Of a stretch of 64,000 nt of DNA, positions 21,948 to 30,393 are shown in pieces. Source of the DNA: Desulfobaccales bacterium (GTDB lineage Bacteria > Desulfobacterota > Desulfobaccia > Desulfobaccales > 0-14-0-80-60-11); contig JBKQKO010000098.1 in NCBI GenBank assembly GCA_052147455.1, forward strand, positions 42,236 to 106,235. The letters are read 5' to 3'. The notes beneath the pieces are model-generated. The model ran no database searches. It saw only the letters and a program-made list of their open reading frames with translations, and was not told the origin of the DNA. Within the stretch, counting starts at the first letter, position 1. Each line of letters opens with the position of its first letter. A program made the translations under genes and the position numbers.

Positions 21948-22883
21948 TCAACCCTTGACACTGCTCAAAGCATGAATAGTATTAATGACCGCCGGTCCTA
22001 TGACTATGATCATGATCGCGGGGAAAATGAACAGGAGCAAAGGGATCATGATCTTTACCGGCAACTTGCCAGCCCTTTCCTCGGCTTGCTGGGCCCGCTG
22101 TACCCGGAGAAAATCGGAATGGACCCGCAGCGCCTGGGCAATACTGGTCCCCATCTTATCCGATTGGATCATGATGCCCACCAGGGACTTGACGGTTTGG
22201 GCCCCGGTGCGCTCCCCAAAATTCTTTAGGGCCAATTCCCGGGAAATCCCGGTGCGCAGCTCGGCGTTGGTGAGGTGCAGTTCGTGGTACAGTTCCAAGG
22301 AGATGTTGCGGACCTCATCGGATACCCGGTGGAGGGCGGACTGCAACGACAGTCCGCCCTCCACGCAGACAATGAGCAGATCCAGGACGTCCGGCAAGCC
22401 CCGGTCGAGGCGCTCCTGGCGCCGGGCGATCATGGCCTTCAGGATATAGGGCGGCACATAGAAACCGGTGGCAGCCAGCAACAGGCAATACATAAGATTG
22501 CCGTTAGCCATCACGCCGGCCATGGCATTGGCTAAGAGATACGGCAAGGCCAGGAGGAAGGGGGCCAGGACCCGGATCCCTAAAAAGATGGTAGGAGCCT
22601 TGGGATTACGATAACCGGCCTGGATCAAGGAGAACCGGAGTTTGGAGGTTTCCTCCTTATCCTTCATGGCATACTTGCCGAAGGAGGAGATCCAATCCAG
22701 GAAACGTTTCTTCAGGTTGGCGCCGCCGCCCCCTGGATAAAGGGACATGGATGCGGTGGTGGGGGTCTTTTTGAACCTGTCCCGCACCATCCGGCGGCTC
22801 CCGGCGTAATGCAGGATGCCATAAATGAAAAACGTCCCGGTGAGAAAACAAGCACCCCAGATGAGCCAATCGAGCCCTTCCAT
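21948..22883 (-). CDS. tadC: Tad pilus inner-membrane platform protein TadC (T2SS-F family)
   Basis: 311 aa with the T2SSF-domain pattern (LPD.LDLL..C.EGG.SL..AL..V). Paired with tadB. Confidence 0.85.
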   Translation of the reverse strand: MEGLDWLIWGACFLTGTFFIYGILHYAGSRRMVRDRFKKTPTTASMSLYPGGGGANLKKRFLDWISSFGKYAMKDKEETSKLRFSLIQAGYRNPKAPTIFLGIRVLAPFLLALPYLLANAMAGVMANGNLMYCLLLAATGFYVPPYILKAMIARRQERLDRGLPDVLDLLIVCVEGGLSLQSALHRVSDEVRNISLELYHELHLTNAELRTGISRELALKNFGERTGAQTVKSLVGIMIQSDKMGTSIAQALRVHSDFLRVQRAQQAEERAGKLPVKIMIPLLLFIFPAIMIIVIGPAVINTIHALSSVKG

Positions 22884-22895
22884 GAGCCCCCTCCT

Positions 22896-23906
22896 CTAAA
22901 TCTTGATGGATACCATCTTTTTCATCACCCACGCCCCGATACCCATGCTGCAGATCGCCGCACTCAACATCGATTTGCCTAAGGGGTCAGAGAACAAGAT
23001 CATGATGTAATTGCGGTTCATGAAGTAAAGCCCCAGGAAGGTTACCACGGGCAAGCCCATCAGGACCAGCGCCGAAAACCGGCCTTCGGCGGTGAGGGTT
23101 TGAACCTTGCCCTTCAATTGCATGCGCTGCCGAATCAGGGTGCCGATGTTTTCTAAAATCTCCGCCAGATTGCCCCCGCTCTCGTTTTGGACCAGGACCG
23201 CGGTGACGAAGAAGCGCAGGTCCTGGCTGGCCACCCGTTCACCCATGCGGCGCAGCGCCTGGGGCACACTCAGTCCCAAACGCTGCTCTTCATAGGTGAT
23301 GCGCATCTCCTTCCCCAGGGGCGGCTGAATCTCCTGGGCCACCAACTCCATGGTGGCCGGCAGGGTGTGGCCGGCCCGGAGGGATCGGGCCAGGAGTTCC
23401 ATGGCCTCCGGCATCTGGTTTTCGAATTGCGCGGTCTTGCGCCGCTTTTTCCAGCGCAGGACAAAGATGGGCAGCCAACCCATGACCCCTACCGCGACCC
23501 AGATCCAGATACCCGACAGAAACCTGCCGCCCAAGACAAAGCCAATGGCCCCCATGAGGGCCACCACCAGGATAAAGACCCCGGGGGGAATATAGAGATC
23601 CGCCTGAATGAGCTGGCGCTCCAGGTTGTCCACCCTGCCCCAGCCCGTCAGCCGCCCCATCAATGATGTCACCGGACTATTCCGGTCCTTGGACTCCTGG
23701 TAGTCCTTGAAGATCTTGGCCCGTAACTCCTCCTCGCGCTTCTGTTGACGCATCCGCTTCTTGAGCTGGCTCCGCTTCAGGTAGGGCTCCATTACCAGCT
23801 GATTGATGACGGTGGTCAGCAGACAAGCCGCCACAAAGACCCCCAGGAGTCCCAGAACGTACATGAAATCCATGCCGCCCATGTTCAAATGTCTCAAACG
23901 ATCCAT
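22896..23906 (-). CDS. tadB: Tad pilus inner-membrane platform protein TadB (T2SS-F family)
   Basis: 336 aa with the T2SSF-domain pattern (PEAMELLARSLRAGH.L..). Adjacent to cpaF. Confidence 0.85.
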   Translation of the reverse strand: MDRLRHLNMGGMDFMYVLGLLGVFVAACLLTTVINQLVMEPYLKRSQLKKRMRQQKREEELRAKIFKDYQESKDRNSPVTSLMGRLTGWGRVDNLERQLIQADLYIPPGVFILVVALMGAIGFVLGGRFLSGIWIWVAVGVMGWLPIFVLRWKKRRKTAQFENQMPEAMELLARSLRAGHTLPATMELVAQEIQPPLGKEMRITYEEQRLGLSVPQALRRMGERVASQDLRFFVTAVLVQNESGGNLAEILENIGTLIRQRMQLKGKVQTLTAEGRFSALVLMGLPVVTFLGLYFMNRNYIMILFSDPLGKSMLSAAICSMGIGAWVMKKMVSIKI

Positions 23907-23936
23907 CGCTCTTCTCCCGTTGGAGTCGTCATATCT

Positions 23937-25355
23937 TTAATCCAGGCCCCGGCTGGGGGGTTTGAAGATGCCGTCCATGAGCGGCACGCCGAAGAGCCGG
24001 CAACGGTCGGCGAAGCGGGGACGCACCCCGGTGGCCACATAACGCCCCGTGATCATCCCATCCAGGTTCATGCCGTGGCGTTCGAAGACGAAGATATCTT
24101 GCATGCTGATCACATCACCCTCCATCCCGGTGATTTCCGAGAAGGACACCATGCGGCGGCAGCCGTCACTGTGGCGCACCAACTGGATGATTACGTTGAT
24201 GGAGGAAGAGACCATCTGTCGCATGGCCTTTTCCTGGATGGTGATGCCCGAGAGGGAAATCATGGTTTCCAGCCGCAGCAGGGCATCCCGGGAGGTGTTG
24301 GCGTGAATGGTGGTCATGGACCCCTCGTGGCCGGTGTTCATGGCCTGGAGCATATCGATAACCTCGGGGCCCCGCACCTCGCCGACCACCACCCGATCCG
24401 GCCGCATCCGCAGGCAGTTGCGCACCAGGTCCCGCGCGGTGATCTCCCCTTTGCCCTCCACGTTAGGCGGTCGGGTCTCCAGGCGGCACACGTGTTCCTG
24501 CTGCAACTGAAGTTCGGCAGAGTCTTCTATGGTGATAATGCGCTCATTGGCCGGGATGAAGCCGGAGAGGATGTTCAACAAGGTGGTCTTGCCGGCCCCG
24601 GTGCCCCCGGAGATGAGGGCGTTCAGTTTGGCCACCGATACAGCCTTCAGGACCTCCGCGATTTGCGCGGTGAGGCTGCCTTTCTCTATCAGGTCCTCCA
24701 GAGTGGGGCGCTGCACGGAAAACCGCCGGATACAAAGCATGGGCCCGTCCAGGGCCAGAGGCGGGATGATGGCGTTGACCCGGGAGCCGTCGGGCAACCG
24801 GGCATCCACCATGGGAATGGACTCATCGATGCGGCGCCCCACGTTGCTGACGATCTTATTGATGATTTTCAAGAGGTGCTCATTATCCTGGAACTGGATA
24901 TCCGTCAGTTCCAGACGGCCACGCCTTTCGACGTACACCTGATTGTGGCGGTTTACCAGGATATCCGAAATGGTCGGGTCGGCCAACAGAGGTTCCAGGG
25001 GACCCAGACCGAGGATCTCGAACTCCAGTTCCCGGTTCAAGCGGGTCTTTTCCGCCAGGTTTAGAGGCTCTTCTTCCTCCTCTAAAAGGGACGCCAGGGC
25101 TTGCCGGATTTCCCGGGCCCGAAGGCTTTCCTCCAATTCCTCCAGGGCGCTCAGGTCCAAACGCTCCAACAGCAGGTGGTGAATCCGCTTCTTCACCTGG
25201 TAAAGCCGGGTTTCCCGAACCTTCTCCTTCTTGAAGAGGGGCGCCGCCTGTGGCTCTCGATCTTCCTGGACCGGCTGCGGCGAAACCGCACTCAGCCCCT
25301 TCGCCCTAGCCGTCACCGGACCCCTTTTTTCCTTCTTGTAATCCAGCCAACTCAT
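23937..25355 (-). CDS. cpaF: Tad pilus secretion ATPase CpaF/TadA
   Basis: Walker [36 protein letters not shown] and the GH.GSM.T.HAN Asp/His boxes of VirB11/CpaF ATPases. Confidence 0.95.
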   Translation of the reverse strand: MSWLDYKKEKRGPVTARAKGLSAVSPQPVQEDREPQAAPLFKKEKVRETRLYQVKKRIHHLLLERLDLSALEELEESLRAREIRQALASLLEEEEEPLNLAEKTRLNRELEFEILGLGPLEPLLADPTISDILVNRHNQVYVERRGRLELTDIQFQDNEHLLKIINKIVSNVGRRIDESIPMVDARLPDGSRVNAIIPPLALDGPMLCIRRFSVQRPTLEDLIEKGSLTAQIAEVLKAVSVAKLNALISGGTGAGKTTLLNILSGFIPANERIITIEDSAELQLQQEHVCRLETRPPNVEGKGEITARDLVRNCLRMRPDRVVVGEVRGPEVIDMLQAMNTGHEGSMTTIHANTSRDALLRLETMISLSGITIQEKAMRQMVSSSINVIIQLVRHSDGCRRMVSFSEITGMEGDVISMQDIFVFERHGMNLDGMITGRYVATGVRPRFADRCRLFGVPLMDGIFKPPSRGLD

Positions 25356-25370
25356 GCAGAATCACCTCCA

Positions 25371-26573
25371 CTAAAACAACCAGAACTTGCGCTTGGGCTC
25401 GGCAACGGCGCACACCGCGTCCTGTTCCATCTCCGCCGGCATTTCCAGCTTCACCTGTTCCGCCAGGGCCTTCAGGTCGCGCCACAGCTTGGAGCGCCGC
25501 CCGCTGACCCCTAAAGGCGCTCCCCGGTTCAAGACCTCCACCATCACCGAGTAATCGCTGGACAGGGTGGCGAACACCTTCTGCAGCACTATCTGTTCCA
25601 GATCCCGCAGCACCAAACCGCTGCTCCGATCAAAACGGTTGATCACCAGCTTGATTTTTCGCCGCTCCTGCTGATCTTCCAGAAGCGCCGGCCACAACCG
25701 CTTCAGGTTGCGCAAATCCGGAACGGTGAGACCGGTGAGCATCACCACCAGGTCGGCATCCAGGATCACCTGGAGAAAGAACTCATCCAGCCAGTGGCTC
25801 AGATCGACTATGGTGTATTGGTAAAGTTGGCGCAAGACCGCGAAGATTTTCCCCAGGGACTCGATCTCGATGTTTTCCTGCTCCCGAAAATCCGGACAAC
25901 CATGGAGCACGAACAGGTTATCCCCAAAAGGCTGCATCGCCCTCAGGATGAAAGACTGATCCAGTTCATGCAGATTCTGACACAAATCCAGAATGTTATA
26001 GGAGGGCTCCAGGTCCAGGAAATTCGCCACGTCCGGGAAGGGCCGGCCCAGGTCCACCAGGGCCAGAGGCTCCGGAGCCAGCTCGGCCATGGCCACCGCC
26101 AGGTTGACGGCCACCGTGGTGGCCCCCGCCCCGCCCTTGTGCCCGGTGACCACGATCAACTTCCCCTGGGGGCGATCCCCGGAGCTTTGCCGTTTTTTGG
26201 TTTGCCACACCCGGCTGATCGCGGCTTCCAGATCGTCGTGGGTCAGGGGCATCGGCAGAAACTCCCTGATCCCTACCTGCATGATACGGATCAGGAATTC
26301 CGGTTCCAGGGTATGGGAACACAACAACACCGGGGTCTGCGGCATCTCCTGGGGCAGGCGCTCCAGCCAAGGCGGCACGTGACTCTGTCCATCCATCTCC
26401 ACCAGCACCACGTCAGGTCTGGCGTTACCGCTGAGCTGGCGGCAATAACGCTCCGGGTCGCAAGTCTGTTCCAACAATTTCAGTTGGGGAAGACTTTCCA
26501 CAGCCTCCTGGATCTCCGGATGCTCGACTCCGGTCCCGAACAGCACTGAAATGGTCAAGCTATCAGACTTCAC
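25371..26573 (-). CDS. cpaE: CpaE/TadZ-type pilus assembly protein (receiver-like domain plus ParA/MinD-like ATPase)
   Basis: Receiver-like N domain. Deviant Walker A region VTGHKGGAGATTVAVNLA. Confidence 0.85.
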   Translation of the reverse strand: MKSDSLTISVLFGTGVEHPEIQEAVESLPQLKLLEQTCDPERYCRQLSGNARPDVVLVEMDGQSHVPPWLERLPQEMPQTPVLLCSHTLEPEFLIRIMQVGIREFLPMPLTHDDLEAAISRVWQTKKRQSSGDRPQGKLIVVTGHKGGAGATTVAVNLAVAMAELAPEPLALVDLGRPFPDVANFLDLEPSYNILDLCQNLHELDQSFILRAMQPFGDNLFVLHGCPDFREQENIEIESLGKIFAVLRQLYQYTIVDLSHWLDEFFLQVILDADLVVMLTGLTVPDLRNLKRLWPALLEDQQERRKIKLVINRFDRSSGLVLRDLEQIVLQKVFATLSSDYSVMVEVLNRGAPLGVSGRRSKLWRDLKALAEQVKLEMPAEMEQDAVCAVAEPKRKFWLF

Positions 26574-26614
26574 CGGTCACTCCCACGGCGTCGGCCGTCG
26601 CGTTTTGCCATGCC

Positions 26615-26644
26615 GGTGGGTACTGCCCACCAATTCCTTCATTG
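26615..26644. repeat. Palindromic motif GGTGGGTACTGCCCACCAATTCCTTCATTG between cpaE and cpaB
   Basis: Shares about 30 nt with the copies at 28788-28817 and 28827-28856. Confidence 0.6.
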
Positions 26645-26666
26645 CCGCGTCTTAACTGACATCCAG

Positions 26667-27482
26667 CTAGAGGGTGAACTTGCTGCGCTCACACCCCTTG
26701 ATTATTTCCACGCATCTCTCTGGTTTGTCCTCCTTCTGGGGTGTGGACACATCCGGCGTTTTCATCGTGCCGGTAAACAGATTCGAGCTGGCCACTCCGC
26801 TGGTTTCCACGTTGGTCTTATTGTTGCCGCCTCGCAGGGCCAGACGAATCTTCCCTTCGTTACTGGCCAGATTCAGGATCTCGGTCTGCTCCGGGGTCAA
26901 TTCCAGGGTGACGGCATTCACCACCGTGGGCTTGTCTTCCCCCGTTTGCTGCCAGATCTGGCCGATGCTCAGGACCGTGATGTCTTGCAGGATGACCTTG
27001 GAATAGTTCTCATCGCCTTTCATCTTCATATCCGCCAGGACGTCCACCCGGTCCCGGGGATGGAGGAAGCCGGCAACTCCGGTGACGTCATCGACCCGGA
27101 CCGTCAGGGCCCTCTTGCTCTCGTTCAACAGGCTGCTCAAGCCGGCGGTGGTGCCCACCGGGGCCAGCTTGCTGAACAGGATGGGCTCCCCAGTGGAAAT
27201 GGGAAAGCTGACCACCCGGCCCTCCACCTGGTTTAGGGCAGAGGCGCACTGGGGCGGAATCAGCTCCTTGGGCCAGGAAACCAGCTTGAGGGAACCGGCG
27301 GCCAGGGCGGTGCCGGGAGCTATGTCGCCGGTGGCTACCGCCACCATGTCGGTGGGCGCCGGGGCCGCGACCTGGGTCTTATTGACCACATAACGATGAA
27401 TGCCAAAGGTAGTTAACAGACCGACCACCACCGCGACGGCCATATAAGTCATTCCCTTGGGTAGGTTTGCCATAGCGCTCAC
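26667..27482 (-). CDS. cpaB: Flp pilus assembly protein CpaB/RcpC
   Basis: N-terminal TM anchor, SAF-like region (VAVATGDIAPGTAL....LKLV.WP) and an RcpC-type C-terminus. Confidence 0.85.
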   Translation of the reverse strand: MSAMANLPKGMTYMAVAVVVGLLTTFGIHRYVVNKTQVAAPAPTDMVAVATGDIAPGTALAAGSLKLVSWPKELIPPQCASALNQVEGRVVSFPISTGEPILFSKLAPVGTTAGLSSLLNESKRALTVRVDDVTGVAGFLHPRDRVDVLADMKMKGDENYSKVILQDITVLSIGQIWQQTGEDKPTVVNAVTLELTPEQTEILNLASNEGKIRLALRGGNNKTNVETSGVASSNLFTGTMKTPDVSTPQKEDKPERCVEIIKGCERSKFTL

Positions 27483-27674
27483 TCACTTTTCATGGTTGAT
27501 GTAACTGCGAACTCCACTGCGCCACCCCTTCGCTTCCAAGCTCTGTGCGGCTCTCACCTCAGGGTTCGGTTCAGGTCCCCTCAAATGCAAGCAAACCATC
27601 CGCAGGCGGCTCGCAGGCCGGCCCCGGCCTCATCATGGCCCAGTGCCTGGTTTCTACCGCCTCCTGCAAGAATT

Positions 27675-27694
27675 GGGGGGCCCATGGGCCCCCC
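27675..27694 (-). promoter_or_regulatory. Perfect 20-nt GC palindrome GGGGGGCCCATGGGCCCCCC in the flp1-cpaB spacer, a candidate attenuator or RNA-stabilising hairpin
   Basis: Read directly. It sits in a ~350-nt non-coding spacer between the pilin genes and the assembly genes. Confidence 0.4.
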
Positions 27695-27840
27695 GTTAGT
27701 TGAGTTCGGGCCCAACCGGCACCCGGCGCCGATCAGGGTGGCAGCATTATCGAACTCGCTGCTCAGGTTGGTCCACAAAGTACCTCTCCAGGAGCAAACC
27801 CCTTTACAGGGTTTAGGCCCCTGGAGGTCTAGATTAAACA

Positions 27841-28011
27841 TCAACTGGCGTTGGCTACACCGGTGCCGGCCGTAGTGAACGTACCACTCAGGGTGGTGCC
27901 CAGAGCGGCCACCGAGGCGATAATCACCACGGCGATCAGGGCCACCAGCAGGCCATACTCCACGGCGGCGGCGCCGGAATCGTCCTTGAAGAAATTTACG
28001 AGCTTTGCCAT
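27841..28011 (-). CDS. flp: Flp-family type IVb pilin (copy 1)
   Basis: 56 aa: MAKLVNFFKDDSGAAAVEYGLLVALIAVVII... It has the Flp processing motif G/AAAVEYGLLVA. RBS GGGAGAG. Confidence 0.9.
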   Translation of the reverse strand: MAKLVNFFKDDSGAAAVEYGLLVALIAVVIIASVAALGTTLSGTFTTAGTGVANAS

Positions 28012-28072
28012 GGTTCTCTCCCTAATTTTGGTGCTTTCCTCAGGTTGGTCGACAAAGTACCTCTCCAGGAGC

Positions 28073-28091
28073 AAACCCCCTTAGGGGGTTT
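28073..28091 (-). terminator. Inter-pilin hairpin AAACCCCC-TAA-GGGGGTTT (weak terminator or processing signal). A degenerate copy lies at 27796-27814.
   Basis: 8-bp perfect stem immediately downstream of flp2. It is followed only by a short T stretch. Confidence 0.35.
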
Positions 28092-28117
28092 AGGCCACTG
28101 GAGGTCTAGATTAAACA

Positions 28118-28288
28118 TCAACTGGCGTTGGCTACACCGGTGTCGACCGTAGTGAACTTAGTGCTCAGGGTGGTGCCCAGAGCGGCCACCGAAGCAATAA
28201 TCACCACGGCGATCAGGGCCACCAGCAGGCCATACTCCACGGCCGCGGCGCCGGATTCGTCCTTGAAGAAATTTCTCATCCTTTCCAT
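28118..28288 (-). CDS. flp: Flp-family type IVb pilin (copy 2; absent from the supplied ORF track because it is under 60 aa)
   Basis: Hand translation gives MERMRNFFKDESGAAAVEYGLLVALIAVVIIASVAALGTTLSTKFTTVDTGVANAS. It is about 90 percent identical to flp1 at the DNA level. RBS AAGGAGAG. Confidence 0.85.
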   Translation of the reverse strand: MERMRNFFKDESGAAAVEYGLLVALIAVVIIASVAALGTTLSTKFTTVDTGVANAS

Positions 28289-28339
28289 GATTCTCTCCTT
28301 ATTTGGTGTTTTCCTCAGGTTGGAGGTCTGGATTAAACA

Positions 28340-28510
28340 TTAACTGGCGGCGGCGATCTGCGCGGAGACCGTCTGGAACTTACCGCTCAGGGTGGTCCCC
28401 AGGGTGGTCACTGCACCGATGATCACAACGGCGATCAGGGCCACTAACAGGCCATACTCCACGGCCGCGGCGCCGGATTCGTCCTTGAAGAAATTTCTCA
28501 GCTTTTCCAT
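28340..28510 (-). CDS. flp: Flp-family type IVb pilin (copy 3, diverged C-terminus)
   Basis: 56 aa: MEKLRNFFKDESGAAAVEYGLLVALIAVVIIGAVTTLGTTLSGKFQTVSAQIAAAS. RBS AAGGAGAG. Confidence 0.9.
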   Translation of the reverse strand: MEKLRNFFKDESGAAAVEYGLLVALIAVVIIGAVTTLGTTLSGKFQTVSAQIAAAS

Positions 28511-28770
28511 GGTTCTCTCCTTTTGGGTATTTTGAAGTAACTGAAAGGTTAGCATGGCGAATTCAGTTCCGGTTTCTGCCTCGGCTTCCGTTAGCGATTT
28601 GTTTGATCAGTCCTCTCTTTTTGATGGATTTGCAGATACTTTTTGGTTCTGGATGGTAATATGGGTTAGCGGCGATAAAAGATAAATCAGGGTTTCCCTG
28701 GTATTTGCCTTCGATAACCATGAATTTGCGACAGGGGAATGCGGTAATCCGATAAAGAGGGGGGGGCCGT

Positions 28771-28856
28771 GTAGGGCGGGCACCGCAGGGTGGGCACTGC
28801 CCACCAATTTCTTAATGCCCTTGTAGGGTGGGCACTGCCCACCAATTCCTCAAAAT
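28771..28856. repeat. Two and a half tandem copies of the GTAGGGTGGGCACTGCCCACCAATT palindromic motif, upstream of flp3
   Basis: Full copies at 28788-28817 and 28823-28856, plus a partial GTAGGGCGGGCACCGC at 28771-28786. Confidence 0.7.
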
Positions 28857-28952
28857 GCTGGTCATTTTCGGGCTGGGGGAAAAGGGAAATAGGGTGATAG
28901 AGCTAAATTACTGTCGTCATTGATAACCAATTGGAAAAGGCCACTGCAAGAC

Positions 28953-29076
28953 CCCGGGCTGCCCAAAAAGGTCATTCTGAGTGAAACGAATAATCTCGTA
29001 TTTTTAGTGAGTTGAGATCCTTCGCTTCGGTCAGGATGACACTGAAATCAGATTTGGCAATAGCTTCGAGGCAAAT
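28953..29076. repeat. Dispersed ~120-bp repeat, family B (TCATTCTGAG...CGTATTTTTAGTGA...GGTCAGGATGACA.TGAAATCAG.TTTGGCAATAGC)
   Basis: About 80 percent identical by eye to 51934-52056, in the same orientation. Confidence 0.7.
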
Positions 29077-29350
29077 GGTTTTGGTGGCAGACCTATCATT
29101 CCAGCAGGATGCCAAAATGCTTAAACTTTTTCTTGCATTTAAAGGTCTAAAGTGGCATCCCCAGGGAGGCAACCGCGATCAGAGTTTTTCTGGGAGGGGC
29201 TTAGATAAAAGCAGCGGCTGTGTGCTGCATCTTAATGACTGGGCAAGCATGCGGGTTACAGGTGAGTTAAGCGGCCTAAATTTGAACGACAGCCGACGGC
29301 TAATGGTTTAAGTGCAACTCATGAACCACAAATAATGATCTGCTCCAGGG

Positions 29351-30364
29351 TCAGATGAATTTCCCCCAGAATCCCGTTCGCAACCATTTTTGGGATGGAA
29401 TGTAATTTAATAATTTAAATTCAGTAGCAACTGCGGCAATGGGCTCCCCCACCTGGACAATATCGGCCTCATCAATCGTACCGAGGACAAATTCAGCCCT
29501 CTTGAGATAACCGACTCTATAAGGGTTGATCTTCATGACCCGCGCACAAGTGGCGTCCACTGCCGGGAGGTTGCGGCCCATGACTAGCACCCCCGCGGGT
29601 TTAGGGTCTCCCATAATGGGACCATCTCCCTCCATGCCCACGATCCCGTCCACGATAGCCAGCTGCGGGCGTAAAGTCGCCGTGATATCCAAGATGGCCT
29701 CCTCGATACCGGCATAATGGAGAACATTTTTGGGCCACCCATAATAAAGTCCGGGCATGAAACCAAATAAATTTTTCATAGAAAGGGTGATACCCGCCCA
29801 ATGATGGGTCTTGAGCTTGGCCAGGGAGACGATCAAGTCCACTTGATGGAGAATTGCCGGGAAAGTGAGACTGGTCAAACTGCTAAACTTTCCTGCATTC
29901 GGCATGCTATAAGCATCCTGGTAATTTAGATCAATAAAGGGAATCCGGTCTTCCCAGAGCACTTCAGCTAAACCGGACTCCTCCAAGACGCGTAAGGTAT
30001 CGCGGCAATGTCCCGGGCCCTCAGCGACCATGACCCGGGAGGCGCCGAACTTAAGGAAGGCTTCGACGGCGCCGCGCACCACCAGGGGATGGGTATTGAT
30101 CTGGATGCTGGCGGGGTTGCTCTCTACGAGATTCGGTTTCAATAAAATCCGTTTGCCCTTGATTTCCTGAGGAGAGATCCCCAGGTGGGCTAATCCTTCG
30201 CAAATCACTGTGGCAATGTCAGCCTGATAGCCTGGGACTTTGGCAATAAAAGTCTGAGCCTGCCATCTGGTTCTTAAAATCTTTCTCCAAAGGAAATGAC
30301 CGGAAGCAGCCAGAATGGCACCCCCGGCACAAGCCCCCAGGAATTCGCGGCGAGTAAAACCCAT
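29351..30364 (-). CDS. DUF362-domain protein with a twin-arginine (Tat) signal
   Basis: MGFTRREFLGACAGGAILAAS Tat-type leader. DUF362 pattern LLKPNLVE....THP.VVRGAVEAF...GA..V.V.EGPG. Confidence 0.75.
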   Translation of the reverse strand: MGFTRREFLGACAGGAILAASGHFLWRKILRTRWQAQTFIAKVPGYQADIATVICEGLAHLGISPQEIKGKRILLKPNLVESNPASIQINTHPLVVRGAVEAFLKFGASRVMVAEGPGHCRDTLRVLEESGLAEVLWEDRIPFIDLNYQDAYSMPNAGKFSSLTSLTFPAILHQVDLIVSLAKLKTHHWAGITLSMKNLFGFMPGLYYGWPKNVLHYAGIEEAILDITATLRPQLAIVDGIVGMEGDGPIMGDPKPAGVLVMGRNLPAVDATCARVMKINPYRVGYLKRAEFVLGTIDEADIVQVGEPIAAVATEFKLLNYIPSQKWLRTGFWGKFI

Positions 30365-30393
30365 GAGTTTTCTATCCTCTGCGGTGCAACCCT

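Noticed and set aside
23745-25064. 439-aa plus-strand ORF antisense to cpaF and tadB
   Set aside because: Shadow ORF. It spans a gene boundary on the opposite strand and has biased His, Gly and Asp composition.
27492-27875. ORFs of 127 aa (+) and 87 aa (-, 27581-27844) in the flp1-cpaB spacer. I considered whether either could be a missing prepilin peptidase, pseudopilin or secretin fragment.
   Set aside because: Neither has TM segments, a Flp/TadE-like leader or peptidase Asp motifs. Both run through the GC palindrome and look like chance ORFs.
27771-28340. Regularly spaced repeated units around the flp genes, considered as a possible CRISPR-like array
   Set aside because: The periodicity of about 277 bp simply reflects tandem duplication of a whole pilin gene plus its flank. 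The repeats are coding, and no short repeat/spacer alternation is present.
28511-28900. Search for a sigma54 (TGGCAC-N5-TTGC) promoter upstream of the flp genes
   Set aside because: No acceptable match on the transcribed strand. The TGGGCACTGCCCA palindromes only superficially resemble the -24 element.
29012-29311. 99-aa plus-strand ORF (and 28972-29172 and 28607-28807 on the minus strand)
   Set aside because: They are translated from dispersed repeat elements of family B and the REP palindromes. Equivalent pseudo-ORFs arise at the other repeat copies.
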